A stretch of DNA of 14,064 nt from Elusimicrobiota bacterium. GTDB taxonomy: Bacteria > Elusimicrobiota > Elusimicrobia > Elusimicrobiales > UBA9959. Numbering within the stretch: the stretch's first letter is position 1; every line of letters begins with the position of its first letter. The stretch is from contig JBAXKK010000069.1 in assembly GCA_037137395.1 (NCBI GenBank), forward strand, positions 1 to 14,064, in the 5' to 3' direction. The notes beneath the pieces are model-generated. The model made no database searches. It was given only the letters and a program-made list of their open reading frames with translations, and was not told where the DNA came from. Shown here one piece after another: positions 6,974-14,064 of this stretch. Made by a program: the position numbers and the translations under genes.

Positions 6974-7001
6974 AAACTTCAACTGAAGTTTTTAGGTTAG
7001 T

Positions 7002-7029
7002 CACTAACCACTATTCACGCGCCACTTGC
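7002..7029 (-). repeat. Four 7-mer units in inverted orientation to the 6746-6794 array
   Basis: CACTAAC CACTATT CACGCGC CACTTGC. CCACTATTCAC (7008-7018) is the exact reverse complement of GTGAATAGTGG (6778-6788). Confidence 0.75.
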
Positions 7030-7031
7030 TT

Positions 7032-8465
7032 TTATTTCCTGCCGTCCTTAAGGAATGCCAGATAGGCCTTATACGCCATATATATATCCAGTTTTCCGGC
7101 CAGTTCCATGGGGGAGTGCATCGATAAAAGGCCGACTCCGCAGTCCACGACGTGCATGCCGTAGCGCGCCATAAGCCAGGCTATGGTGCCGCCGCCGCCC
7201 TGGTCGACCTTGCCCAGCTCGCCGGTCTGCCAGATAACCCCGGCTTTATCAAAGATCCTTCTTATTTCCGCCACAAATTCCGCGCTGGCGTCCGAGGAAC
7301 CGGACTTGCCGCGGGATCCGCCGTATTTGCTCAAACACACTCCGTGATTAAGAATGGCTGAGTTCTTTTTTTCCGAGACCGAGGCATAGAGCGGGTCGAA
7401 AAGCGCGTTGACATCGGCTGAAATCATCCATGAATTATTAAGGGCGCGTTTCAGAGCGAGTTCGCTGTAGCTGTCCGTGGTCAGGTTTAGCAGTTCCGCG
7501 GAAGTGTTCTCGAAAAAGTTCGAAGCCATGCCGGTGGCGCCCACGGAGCCGATCTCCTCCTTATCGCAGAGGAGCGCTGTCGCGGTGTATTCGGGAATAC
7601 CCTTTATGTCCACGAGCGCTCTAAGTCCGGCGTAGGCGCAGACGCGGTCGTCCTGCCCGTATCCGAGTATCATGGAACGATCCAGGCCGGCCTCCCGGGG
7701 CTTACAGGCCGGGACCAGCTCAAGCTCGGCGGAAAGAAAATCCTCTTCTGTGACGCCGTATTTATCGTGCAGCAGCGTTAGAATATTGTGCTTTATTTTT
7801 TCCTTGCGGTCTTTTTCCCTGATAGGCACGGATCCCACGATGACGTCAAGATTCTCGCCCTCTATTCCCTCTGAAAGCGTTTTTTTGTTCTGGTCGGCGG
7901 ACAGATGCGGCAGGAGGTCTGTAATGCAGAGCACGGGGTCGGAGGGGTCTTCTCCGATGGTGACGGTGACCGTCTTCCCGTCGGGTTTAACGAATACCCC
8001 GTGCAGGGCCAGGGGGATGGTGACCCACTGATACTTTTTTATGCCGCCGTAGTAATGCGTGTCCAGGAGCGCCATCTCTCCGTTCTCGTAAAGCGGGTTC
8101 TGCTTGATGTCGATGCGGGGCGCGTCCGTATGGGCTCCCACGATGTTCATGCCGGCTTCCAGCGGCTTTTTGCCGATTATAACGGCCATGAGAGTCTTGC
8201 CCGCGCAAGATTTATAGACCCGGTCGCCGGGCGCGAGTTTGATGCTCCCGTTCTCAAATTTAACCAGGTCTTTAAAGCCGGAAGCCTCCAGCAGGCTTAC
8301 GCCTCTGTCGTGTGCTTCGCGCTCGGTCTTGCTGTCTCCCAGAAAAGTCAGATACAGTTTGTTGAACGCTTCCATTAATTTGGCTTCCGCCGGAGAAATT
8401 GTTTCGTATCCGTTCTTGTGGGCGTAAGCGACGTTCTTTGAAGGTTTTTTAGCGAGGGTTTTCAT
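7032..8465 (-). CDS. M18 family aminopeptidase (ApeA/aminopeptidase 1 type), 477 aa
   Basis: Zn-ligand motifs GAHTDAPR, GQDDRVC, DKEEIGS, SADV, GGGTI and SMHSP. AGGAG RBS upstream. Confidence 0.93.
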   Translation of the reverse strand: MKTLAKKPSKNVAYAHKNGYETISPAEAKLMEAFNKLYLTFLGDSKTEREAHDRGVSLLEASGFKDLVKFENGSIKLAPGDRVYKSCAGKTLMAVIIGKKPLEAGMNIVGAHTDAPRIDIKQNPLYENGEMALLDTHYYGGIKKYQWVTIPLALHGVFVKPDGKTVTVTIGEDPSDPVLCITDLLPHLSADQNKKTLSEGIEGENLDVIVGSVPIREKDRKEKIKHNILTLLHDKYGVTEEDFLSAELELVPACKPREAGLDRSMILGYGQDDRVCAYAGLRALVDIKGIPEYTATALLCDKEEIGSVGATGMASNFFENTSAELLNLTTDSYSELALKRALNNSWMISADVNALFDPLYASVSEKKNSAILNHGVCLSKYGGSRGKSGSSDASAEFVAEIRRIFDKAGVIWQTGELGKVDQGGGGTIAWLMARYGMHVVDCGVGLLSMHSPMELAGKLDIYMAYKAYLAFLKDGRK

Positions 8466-8530
8466 TGTGTCTCCTGTTTGGCAACGCGCGGACTTTGCTT
8501 CTATGTTGCTTTGCTATGAGTTATTAAATA

Positions 8531-8539
8531 ATATTAGCA
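8531..8539 (-). promoter_or_regulatory. Putative extended -10 for the M18 aminopeptidase gene
   Basis: TGcTAATAT on the minus strand in an AT-rich divergent spacer. Confidence 0.35.
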
Positions 8540-8576
8540 TAATTTTAGCTTTTTCCTGCGGGCCGGCGGCGCTATT

Positions 8577-8585
8577 TGGTAGAAT
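8577..8585 (+). promoter_or_regulatory. Extended -10 promoter of the MFS-rluA operon, probably leaderless
   Basis: TGgTAGAAT, 7 nt, then ATG 8593. No Shine-Dalgarno sequence. Confidence 0.55.
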
Positions 8586-8592
8586 ATGAGCG

Positions 8593-9813
8593 ATGTTCAC
8601 AAACAATCCTTACGCGAAAAAAGTGCTGCTCCTGATCTTTTGCATCAGCCTTTTTAACTATATCGATAGGCAGGTGCTCTACGCTGTATTTCCGTTGATA
8701 AAGAAGGAGTTGTTCCTGACCGACACCCAGCTGGGTTTTCTGGCCTCCTCCTTTATGATCGTTTATATGTGTTTCGCGCCGCTGGTCGGATATTTCGGCG
8801 ATAAATATAAACGATCTTCGATAATCGGCATCAGCGCCATTTTCTGGAGCGTTGCCACCATCTTTACCGGCCTGACCAAAACCTACCCCCAGATGCTGTT
8901 TACCCGCTCGGCCGTGGGCGTGGGCGAGGCGGGTTACGGCACGGTCTCGCCATCTTACCTTGCCGAATGGTTTCCGATAGATAAGCGCGCGCGCGTTATG
9001 GCCCTTTACGCTCTGGCTATTCCGGTCGGCAGTGCCATAGGCTATCTTCTCGGCGGGGTGCTGGGTCAGCGTTTCGGCTGGCGCGCCGCTTTCTATATCG
9101 TCGCGGCGCCTGGCATACTTCTGGGCATCAGCGCCATGTTCCTCAGGGAAACGGACGAGAAAAAGGCCAGAAAATCTGAACGGATAAAGCTAAGCCAGTA
9201 CAAAGAAATTTTCAAGAACAGGACTTTCATGCTGATAGCTTTCACCCAGGCGATCGGCACTTTTTCGGTGGGCGGCCTGGCCGCCTGGATGCCGTCGTTC
9301 TTTGTCAGGGAATTCGGGCTCTCCGTGGCCCGGGCGGGTTTATATTTCGGCGCCGTCACCGTTCTGGCCGGAATAGCCGGCAGCCTGTCCGGCGGATGGA
9401 TAGCCGACTGGCTGCATAAAAAGACCAAGCGCTCGTATTTTATCGTTGGATACCTCAGTTTTTTCCTCAGCATGCCCTTCGGCGTGATGATAGTACTGTC
9501 CAACAGTCTGCCCATGGCGCTCGCCATGGTATTTATGACCGAATTTTTCATCTTCACTCATTCCGGCCCTTACCACGCGGCTATCGTGGAGATCACTCCC
9601 GTGAATATGCGCTCCATGGCTTTCGCCCTTGATATTTTTATTCTTCACGCCTTTGGCGACGCCATCTCGCCTACGATCCTCGGCATGGTATCTGACGCGA
9701 GCGGCCTGGGATTCGCCATTTTCCTTGCGGTGATGTTCCTGTTTTTTGGAGGTGTGACGTCTATTTTAGGCGGCTGGTATTATAAAAAAGATTTCCACCC
9801 GGAGCTGGCTTGA
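8593..9813 (+). CDS. MFS transporter, Spinster-like family, 406 aa
   Basis: About 12 hydrophobic segments, NYIDRQ in TM1, motif A GYFGDKYKR, R..VGVGEA, GWR.AF and GD..SP. Substrate unknown. Confidence 0.9.
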   Translation: MFTNNPYAKKVLLLIFCISLFNYIDRQVLYAVFPLIKKELFLTDTQLGFLASSFMIVYMCFAPLVGYFGDKYKRSSIIGISAIFWSVATIFTGLTKTYPQMLFTRSAVGVGEAGYGTVSPSYLAEWFPIDKRARVMALYALAIPVGSAIGYLLGGVLGQRFGWRAAFYIVAAPGILLGISAMFLRETDEKKARKSERIKLSQYKEIFKNRTFMLIAFTQAIGTFSVGGLAAWMPSFFVREFGLSVARAGLYFGAVTVLAGIAGSLSGGWIADWLHKKTKRSYFIVGYLSFFLSMPFGVMIVLSNSLPMALAMVFMTEFFIFTHSGPYHAAIVEITPVNMRSMAFALDIFILHAFGDAISPTILGMVSDASGLGFAIFLAVMFLFFGGVTSILGGWYYKKDFHPELA

Positions 9814-10460
9814 TGAGTCCATTTGAGGTGATTTTTGAGGATGACGATTATATCGTGGTCAATAAACCTTCGGGTCTGCTGACCATGCCGGGCCGCGGCC
9901 CCGCCGCCAGAGAAAAAAATCTTTTAGCTCTGCTGACCCAGGCGCTTAAGCGCCCTATGTATGTCGTGCATCGTCTGGATAAGGACGCAAGCGGCCTTAT
10001 TGTCTTCGCGAAGAATGAGAAAGCCCACCGTTACTTTTCCATCATGTTTGAGACGAAGGCGATAAAAAAGAAGTATCTTGTGGCCGTGGAAGGCGATGTC
10101 GCCCCCAGGCGCGGAGAAATTGATAAACCCATAAAGCCTTACGGCTCAGGGCGTATGGGTGTGGGCTTCGACGGCAAGGATTCGCTCACGAAGTATGAAG
10201 TGCTGGAGCAGTATAAAAATTCGACTCTGCTTGAAGTGCAGCTGATCACCGGCCGGCGCCATCAGATACGGGTTCACATGTACTACATGAAGCACCCCGT
10301 TATAGGCGACCGCCTGTACGGAGACCAGGTGAAGCAGGCCGCCTATCCGCGTTTGATGCTTCACTCGTATTCACTTGAATTCGCGGATATGGCCGGCAAG
10401 AAAAAGACCCTTAAGGTCGATCCGCCCAAAGATTTCCTCAGCGTTCTTCCTTTCTTGTAA
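9813..10460 (+). CDS. RluA-family RNA pseudouridine synthase without S4 domain, 215 aa
   Basis: VNKPSGL, catalytic HRLDKDASG, TGRRHQIRVH, HPVIGDRLYG, LMLHS. Its ATG overlaps the MFS stop (TGATG), suggesting translational coupling. Confidence 0.93.
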   Translation: MSPFEVIFEDDDYIVVNKPSGLLTMPGRGPAAREKNLLALLTQALKRPMYVVHRLDKDASGLIVFAKNEKAHRYFSIMFETKAIKKKYLVAVEGDVAPRRGEIDKPIKPYGSGRMGVGFDGKDSLTKYEVLEQYKNSTLLEVQLITGRRHQIRVHMYYMKHPVIGDRLYGDQVKQAAYPRLMLHSYSLEFADMAGKKKTLKVDPPKDFLSVLPFL

Positions 10461-10507
10461 GCTTCGGTTTCTAAGCGCGCTTCGCTGCGGACGGCCGTAG
10501 TCGCCGC

Positions 10508-13500
10508 TTATCTTTCCGCCAGTTCTATTTCTGCGGTTTTTTCCAGATTATCGCTGAGGTATGTCAGCTTCACCTTGTCGCCGGGTTTGTATTTTTTTAA
10601 TTCGTGCGAATACCCGCGCAGATCGTCGGTCGGGACATCGTTGATTTTTATGATTACATCGCCGGCCCTGACTCCGGTTCTGGACAACGGAGAGCCGTCG
10701 GCCACGGAGTCCGCTTTGACGCCTTTGCCTTGCCACTCAAATGACGGGACGAGGCCGGTGGAGGCTTTTCGGTCACTAGGTCGGTCGGATGTTTGGCCTG
10801 GCGCCCTGGCGGTCAGCGGGCGCGTGATTAGGGCGCTATCGCCGGCCAGATAATCCGTTATCTCTTTAATAAATTCTGCTTCCTTCACCATGCCGATGTA
10901 GTCTATTTTGTCGGCCGTGTCGGTTGTCTTGTGGTAATCCGCGTTCACGCCGCTGAGCGCCTGTATGGCGGGCAGTCCCGCTTCTATAAAAGTGGCTTGG
11001 TCGCTTGAGTCAAGGTCTAGTTTTGAGGCTTCGTAGTCGGTGCCGGTTACAAAGCCAGCGCCTCTTAGGATATGGATCCACTTATCGGAGGAGCCAGAAT
11101 TCAAAAAGACAATCTTGCCCCCGTCCAGGCGGCCTACTGAATCCAAATTTATGTCGGCGTTGATATTCTTCAGGGTTGCTTCGGGCAGGCTCCTGATGAA
11201 ATACTTTGAGCCTAGACGCCCTTCCTCCTCTCCGTCAAAAGCGGCGAAGATGATTGAGCGCGCGGGGGGGTGTTTTGAGTAATACCACGCCAGTTCAAGC
11301 ATGAGCGCCACGCCGGATGCGTTGTCGTTCGCGCCGGGATAGACCCTGTCCTTCCCGGAAGGGAGATGATCGTAGTGGGCGCTTATGATCACATATTCCT
11401 CTTTGCGCGCGGAACCCTCTACTACGCCGGCCAGATTCCTGAAGGTTTGTCCTGATTCTTTCCATTCCTGATTGAATCCGCTTTCAAAAAACGGCTTCAA
11501 GCCGTATTGGCGGAACATCTTGCTGATATATTTGTGAGCTTTTTCCAGGCCCGCTTCTCCCGGTCCGCGTCCCGCAAGGCCGGAGGCCAGGTAAGAAATA
11601 TGCGGTTTTATGCGTTGGATGGAAAACAGTGAGGCTGGAGAGGCCAGCGGCTGGCGCGCGGGATAAGTCTGGCGCGCAGCGGTATCGTTTAATACCGCGG
11701 ACAAGGGGGAATTCTTTACTTGCCAACCGCCAGTCGCCAGGGAAGTCATTTCGCCGTCGAAGACCAAGTAACCGTATTTTCCATAATGAGGGAGCTTGGC
11801 GGAAAGCAATTGGAGCTTTTCCGGGCGGCCTGCGAGTATTAGGCCAAGGGAGTAAAGCGGATTTTCAGAATTTAAATCCGCCAAAACGAAGGTGGAGGAC
11901 TCTGTCGGGAAGTCCTGATTACTCAATACCGCCCGGCCGGGAGAGAATCTTGCTCCAAGCGCTTCCAGGCGGACGGCGAGGGCGGAATAAAATTTATTCT
12001 CCCGCCCGAAAATCCATACATGGCGGTCTTTGGGCAGGGCGGACAGTTCCGAGTCGTTCTTTATCTCCGGCAGATTGCCCGTATCTTTGTTCCAGCTTGC
12101 GGCTAAATCTGCATAGGCTTTGAAGGTTTCTCCGGAGGCGGCGGAGGGTAGAATTATTAGCGGTTTATCCGCGCCCAGCAGGCGTGACAGAGTGGGCGGG
12201 GTCTCAAGCGGACTCAATTTTCTAAACAGGTCGAATTCCGGATCCAGTTCCACCCGTGTCGGACGCGTTTTTGAATAGTATTTAAAGATATCCTCTTTTT
12301 TGTTCATAACCAGGCGCAATAGGCGTGGTTGGGTCATGTTTTCAAGCTGTATCGCGACCGGCACCTCCAGCTGATAAGCCGGGCCGTCCTGTAACTGCGC
12401 GATGGTGAACTCCAGCGCGAAATCGTCAAATTCGCGCGTTATCCTGATATTCTTGAGCGCGAGTTCCGGGGCTCCCGCCCGGTCCACCCATTGTTTAAAA
12501 AAATTATTCAGCCTGGTACGGCCGGTCTGCTTTTCAAAAGAGATCTTCAGATCTTCAAAGGACGCGCGTTTAAATTTATTGTTCTTATAGAAGTCCCTCA
12601 GGCCTGCCTTAAACTTCTCGTCTCCAAGGCTGGTCCTGAGCATGTGGTATACCATCAGAGCTTTTCCGTAGCCGATCGCCTCCGAGGCCGAGGAGTCCCG
12701 CGAGCGGAACTCACGCAGCGGGAAATCCTTTCCGCTACGCGCGTAATCGGCATACTTTTGCAGGGTGGTCATGCGGTATTCCCTGCCTTTGCCGCGGCCC
12801 TCACTGATCAGGTAATCGGCAAGGTAGGCGGTCAGCCCTTCGCACCAGTTGCCCTTTATGTAATCCACAAAAACGCTGTTGCCCCACCAGTTGTGCAATA
12901 TTTCATGAGGATAGGACGAGTTCAGGATGAAAGGCAGGCGGATGACCTTTGGCCCCAGCAGGGTGAAGGATGGCAGGCCGTATCCGGTTTCCCAAAAATT
13001 TTCAACCAGGGCAAATTTTTCGTACGGGTATGGGCCCAGCAGGCCCGAATACATGTCCACATACTGCCGGGTGGCGGCCAGATATTTTTGAGCCAGAGCA
13101 TCGTCGGACTCCCGCAGGAATACATAGGAGTCCAGGCCGCCGGCGGAAGTTTTGTACTCCTTATATTTGCCGCATACGAGCGTTATCTCGTCCTGGGGGA
13201 AGGGTGTTTCCCATATGGCCAATGTACGGCCGTCATGTTCTTTCCGGGAAGCCCTGGTGCCTCCGGCAATGGATTCGTAGCTTTGGGGCAGATCTGTCTC
13301 AATTTTAAATTGAGCGAGCTGGCCGTCAAATTCCGGATACCAGAAAGATGTCCCGGACAGATACACGCCGTCGGTGGTTATCAGACCTTGAGTTTCAGAG
13401 AAGGCGCGGGCGTAGTTTTCGGCTTGCTCCGCCAGCGGATGATAAATCACGCCTCCGTATTTGAGCCTGAAAGTTTTTATTCCGGCCGGCAGTGTTAGTG

Positions 13501-13756
13501 AATATTTTGTGAAGATAGCGTCGGACGGAGAGGGATTAATTTCTTTTAGCTCGGCTCCCGCGGTGAGCACCGAGGGCGACAATCCTTTATGAAGTGAAAA
13601 CACTATCCCGCCAATGTGTTCCGGCAGCGTTATGGAATCTTCCGCCTCCAGGCTGTTTTGGTCGGGATTTATCCTGATTTTAAGGTCGTGGCTGATGACG
13701 CCGGCGTTAAGGTTCGCGGAGAGAGAAAAAACGAAGATAAGGCTCAGGAATTTCAT
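10508..13756 (-). CDS. Secreted multidomain metallopeptidase: M1-like + M28 + PDZ, 1082 aa
   Basis: Signal peptide. M1 motif HEILHNWWGN...NWCEGL. M28 motifs SAHYDHL, GANDNASG, DGEEEG, NLD, SDQ, YH. C-terminal PDZ (G.RAGDVIIKIND). GGAG RBS. Confidence 0.9.
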   Translation of the reverse strand: MKFLSLIFVFSLSANLNAGVISHDLKIRINPDQNSLEAEDSITLPEHIGGIVFSLHKGLSPSVLTAGAELKEINPSPSDAIFTKYSLTLPAGIKTFRLKYGGVIYHPLAEQAENYARAFSETQGLITTDGVYLSGTSFWYPEFDGQLAQFKIETDLPQSYESIAGGTRASRKEHDGRTLAIWETPFPQDEITLVCGKYKEYKTSAGGLDSYVFLRESDDALAQKYLAATRQYVDMYSGLLGPYPYEKFALVENFWETGYGLPSFTLLGPKVIRLPFILNSSYPHEILHNWWGNSVFVDYIKGNWCEGLTAYLADYLISEGRGKGREYRMTTLQKYADYARSGKDFPLREFRSRDSSASEAIGYGKALMVYHMLRTSLGDEKFKAGLRDFYKNNKFKRASFEDLKISFEKQTGRTRLNNFFKQWVDRAGAPELALKNIRITREFDDFALEFTIAQLQDGPAYQLEVPVAIQLENMTQPRLLRLVMNKKEDIFKYYSKTRPTRVELDPEFDLFRKLSPLETPPTLSRLLGADKPLIILPSAASGETFKAYADLAASWNKDTGNLPEIKNDSELSALPKDRHVWIFGRENKFYSALAVRLEALGARFSPGRAVLSNQDFPTESSTFVLADLNSENPLYSLGLILAGRPEKLQLLSAKLPHYGKYGYLVFDGEMTSLATGGWQVKNSPLSAVLNDTAARQTYPARQPLASPASLFSIQRIKPHISYLASGLAGRGPGEAGLEKAHKYISKMFRQYGLKPFFESGFNQEWKESGQTFRNLAGVVEGSARKEEYVIISAHYDHLPSGKDRVYPGANDNASGVALMLELAWYYSKHPPARSIIFAAFDGEEEGRLGSKYFIRSLPEATLKNINADINLDSVGRLDGGKIVFLNSGSSDKWIHILRGAGFVTGTDYEASKLDLDSSDQATFIEAGLPAIQALSGVNADYHKTTDTADKIDYIGMVKEAEFIKEITDYLAGDSALITRPLTARAPGQTSDRPSDRKASTGLVPSFEWQGKGVKADSVADGSPLSRTGVRAGDVIIKINDVPTDDLRGYSHELKKYKPGDKVKLTYLSDNLEKTAEIELAER

Positions 13757-13781
13757 GGGACAGGCTCCGTTGTTTTTTTAG

Positions 13782-13809
13782 TTGCGCTACTTTTACAATA
13801 TACTATAAT
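13782..13809 (+). promoter_or_regulatory. Putative sigma70 promoter for the phosphopentomutase-like gene
   Basis: TTGCGC (13782-13787), 16 nt, TATAAT (13804-13809). Confidence 0.45.
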
Positions 13810-13860
13810 TTTGGAATATGGGGGGATAGTTATGGAAGCGCGCTTTGTCCCGGAGGAATC

Positions 13861-14064
13861 GTGAAAAAATCACCTGTGGCATTACTACTTGTTATAGACG
13901 CTGTCGGGATCACCACCATTGAGCACCTGCTTGCAAATTACAATAAGAAAGTTAAACTCCCGAATCTGTCCCGTCTGGGTTTCGGCGAAATAGTCGGACC
14001 ACGGTTTAAGAGCCGCTTCGCGCCAAAACACTCTAAGAAATCCTACGCCGCCGCTCTAACGCAG
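13861..14064 (+). CDS. deoB: Phosphopentomutase-like metalloenzyme (alkaline phosphatase superfamily), 5' part, runs off the window
   Basis: Not in the ORF track. GTG start after GGAGGA, translating as MKKSPVALLLVIDAVGITTIEHLLANYNKKVKLPNLSRLGFGEI. This matches DeoB N-terminal motifs (V.DSVGI, T..HI, LPNL..LG.G.I). Confidence 0.65.
   Translation, partial: MKKSPVALLLVIDAVGITTIEHLLANYNKKVKLPNLSRLGFGEIVGPRFKSRFAPKHSKKSYAAALTQ

Noticed and set aside
6808..6995. 6S RNA, based on size
   Set aside because: It folds as serial local hairpins rather than one long rod with a central bubble, and I recognised no 6S consensus motifs.
6746..7029. CRISPR array or protein-coding ORFs (6778-7065, 6513-6785) in the spacer
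   Set aside because: The repeats are 7-mers without spacers and no cas genes are present. The ORFs lack an RBS and motifs and read through repeats and hairpins.
10461..10507. Terminator between convergent rluA and the peptidase gene
   Set aside because: Only short, interrupted GC stems are present, with no U-tract on either strand.
12491..13498. 335-aa + strand ORF
   Set aside because: It lies entirely antisense to the well-supported M1 domain and has no motifs, so it is most likely a codon-bias shadow ORF.

Overview
A gene-dense, mostly housekeeping bacterial window with many secreted or periplasmic enzymes. The gene style suggests Elusimicrobiota, but that is only an impression. Left to right: signal peptidase I (-), secreted NagZ-type GH3 beta-N-acetylhexosaminidase (-), secreted CsgG/FlgO-like + VWA fusion protein (-), secreted hypothetical protein with a papain/NlpC-P60-like Cys-His motif set (+), divergent ApbE flavin-transferase lipoprotein (+), short single-domain asparaginase (-), M18 aminopeptidase (-), Spinster-like MFS transporter (+), RluA pseudouridine synthase (+), 1082-aa M1+M28+PDZ double peptidase (-), and the 5' end of a phosphopentomutase-like gene (+). 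No transposase, integrase, CRISPR array, tRNA or rRNA was recognised. The most unusual feature is the ~280-bp non-coding spacer at 6746-7029. It is bracketed by inverted arrays of 7-nt repeats, contains a consensus antisense extended -10 box, and is filled with hairpins, including two REP/IS605-end-like palindromes. It is a candidate non-autonomous mobile or structured-RNA element. Two genes appear to be leaderless.
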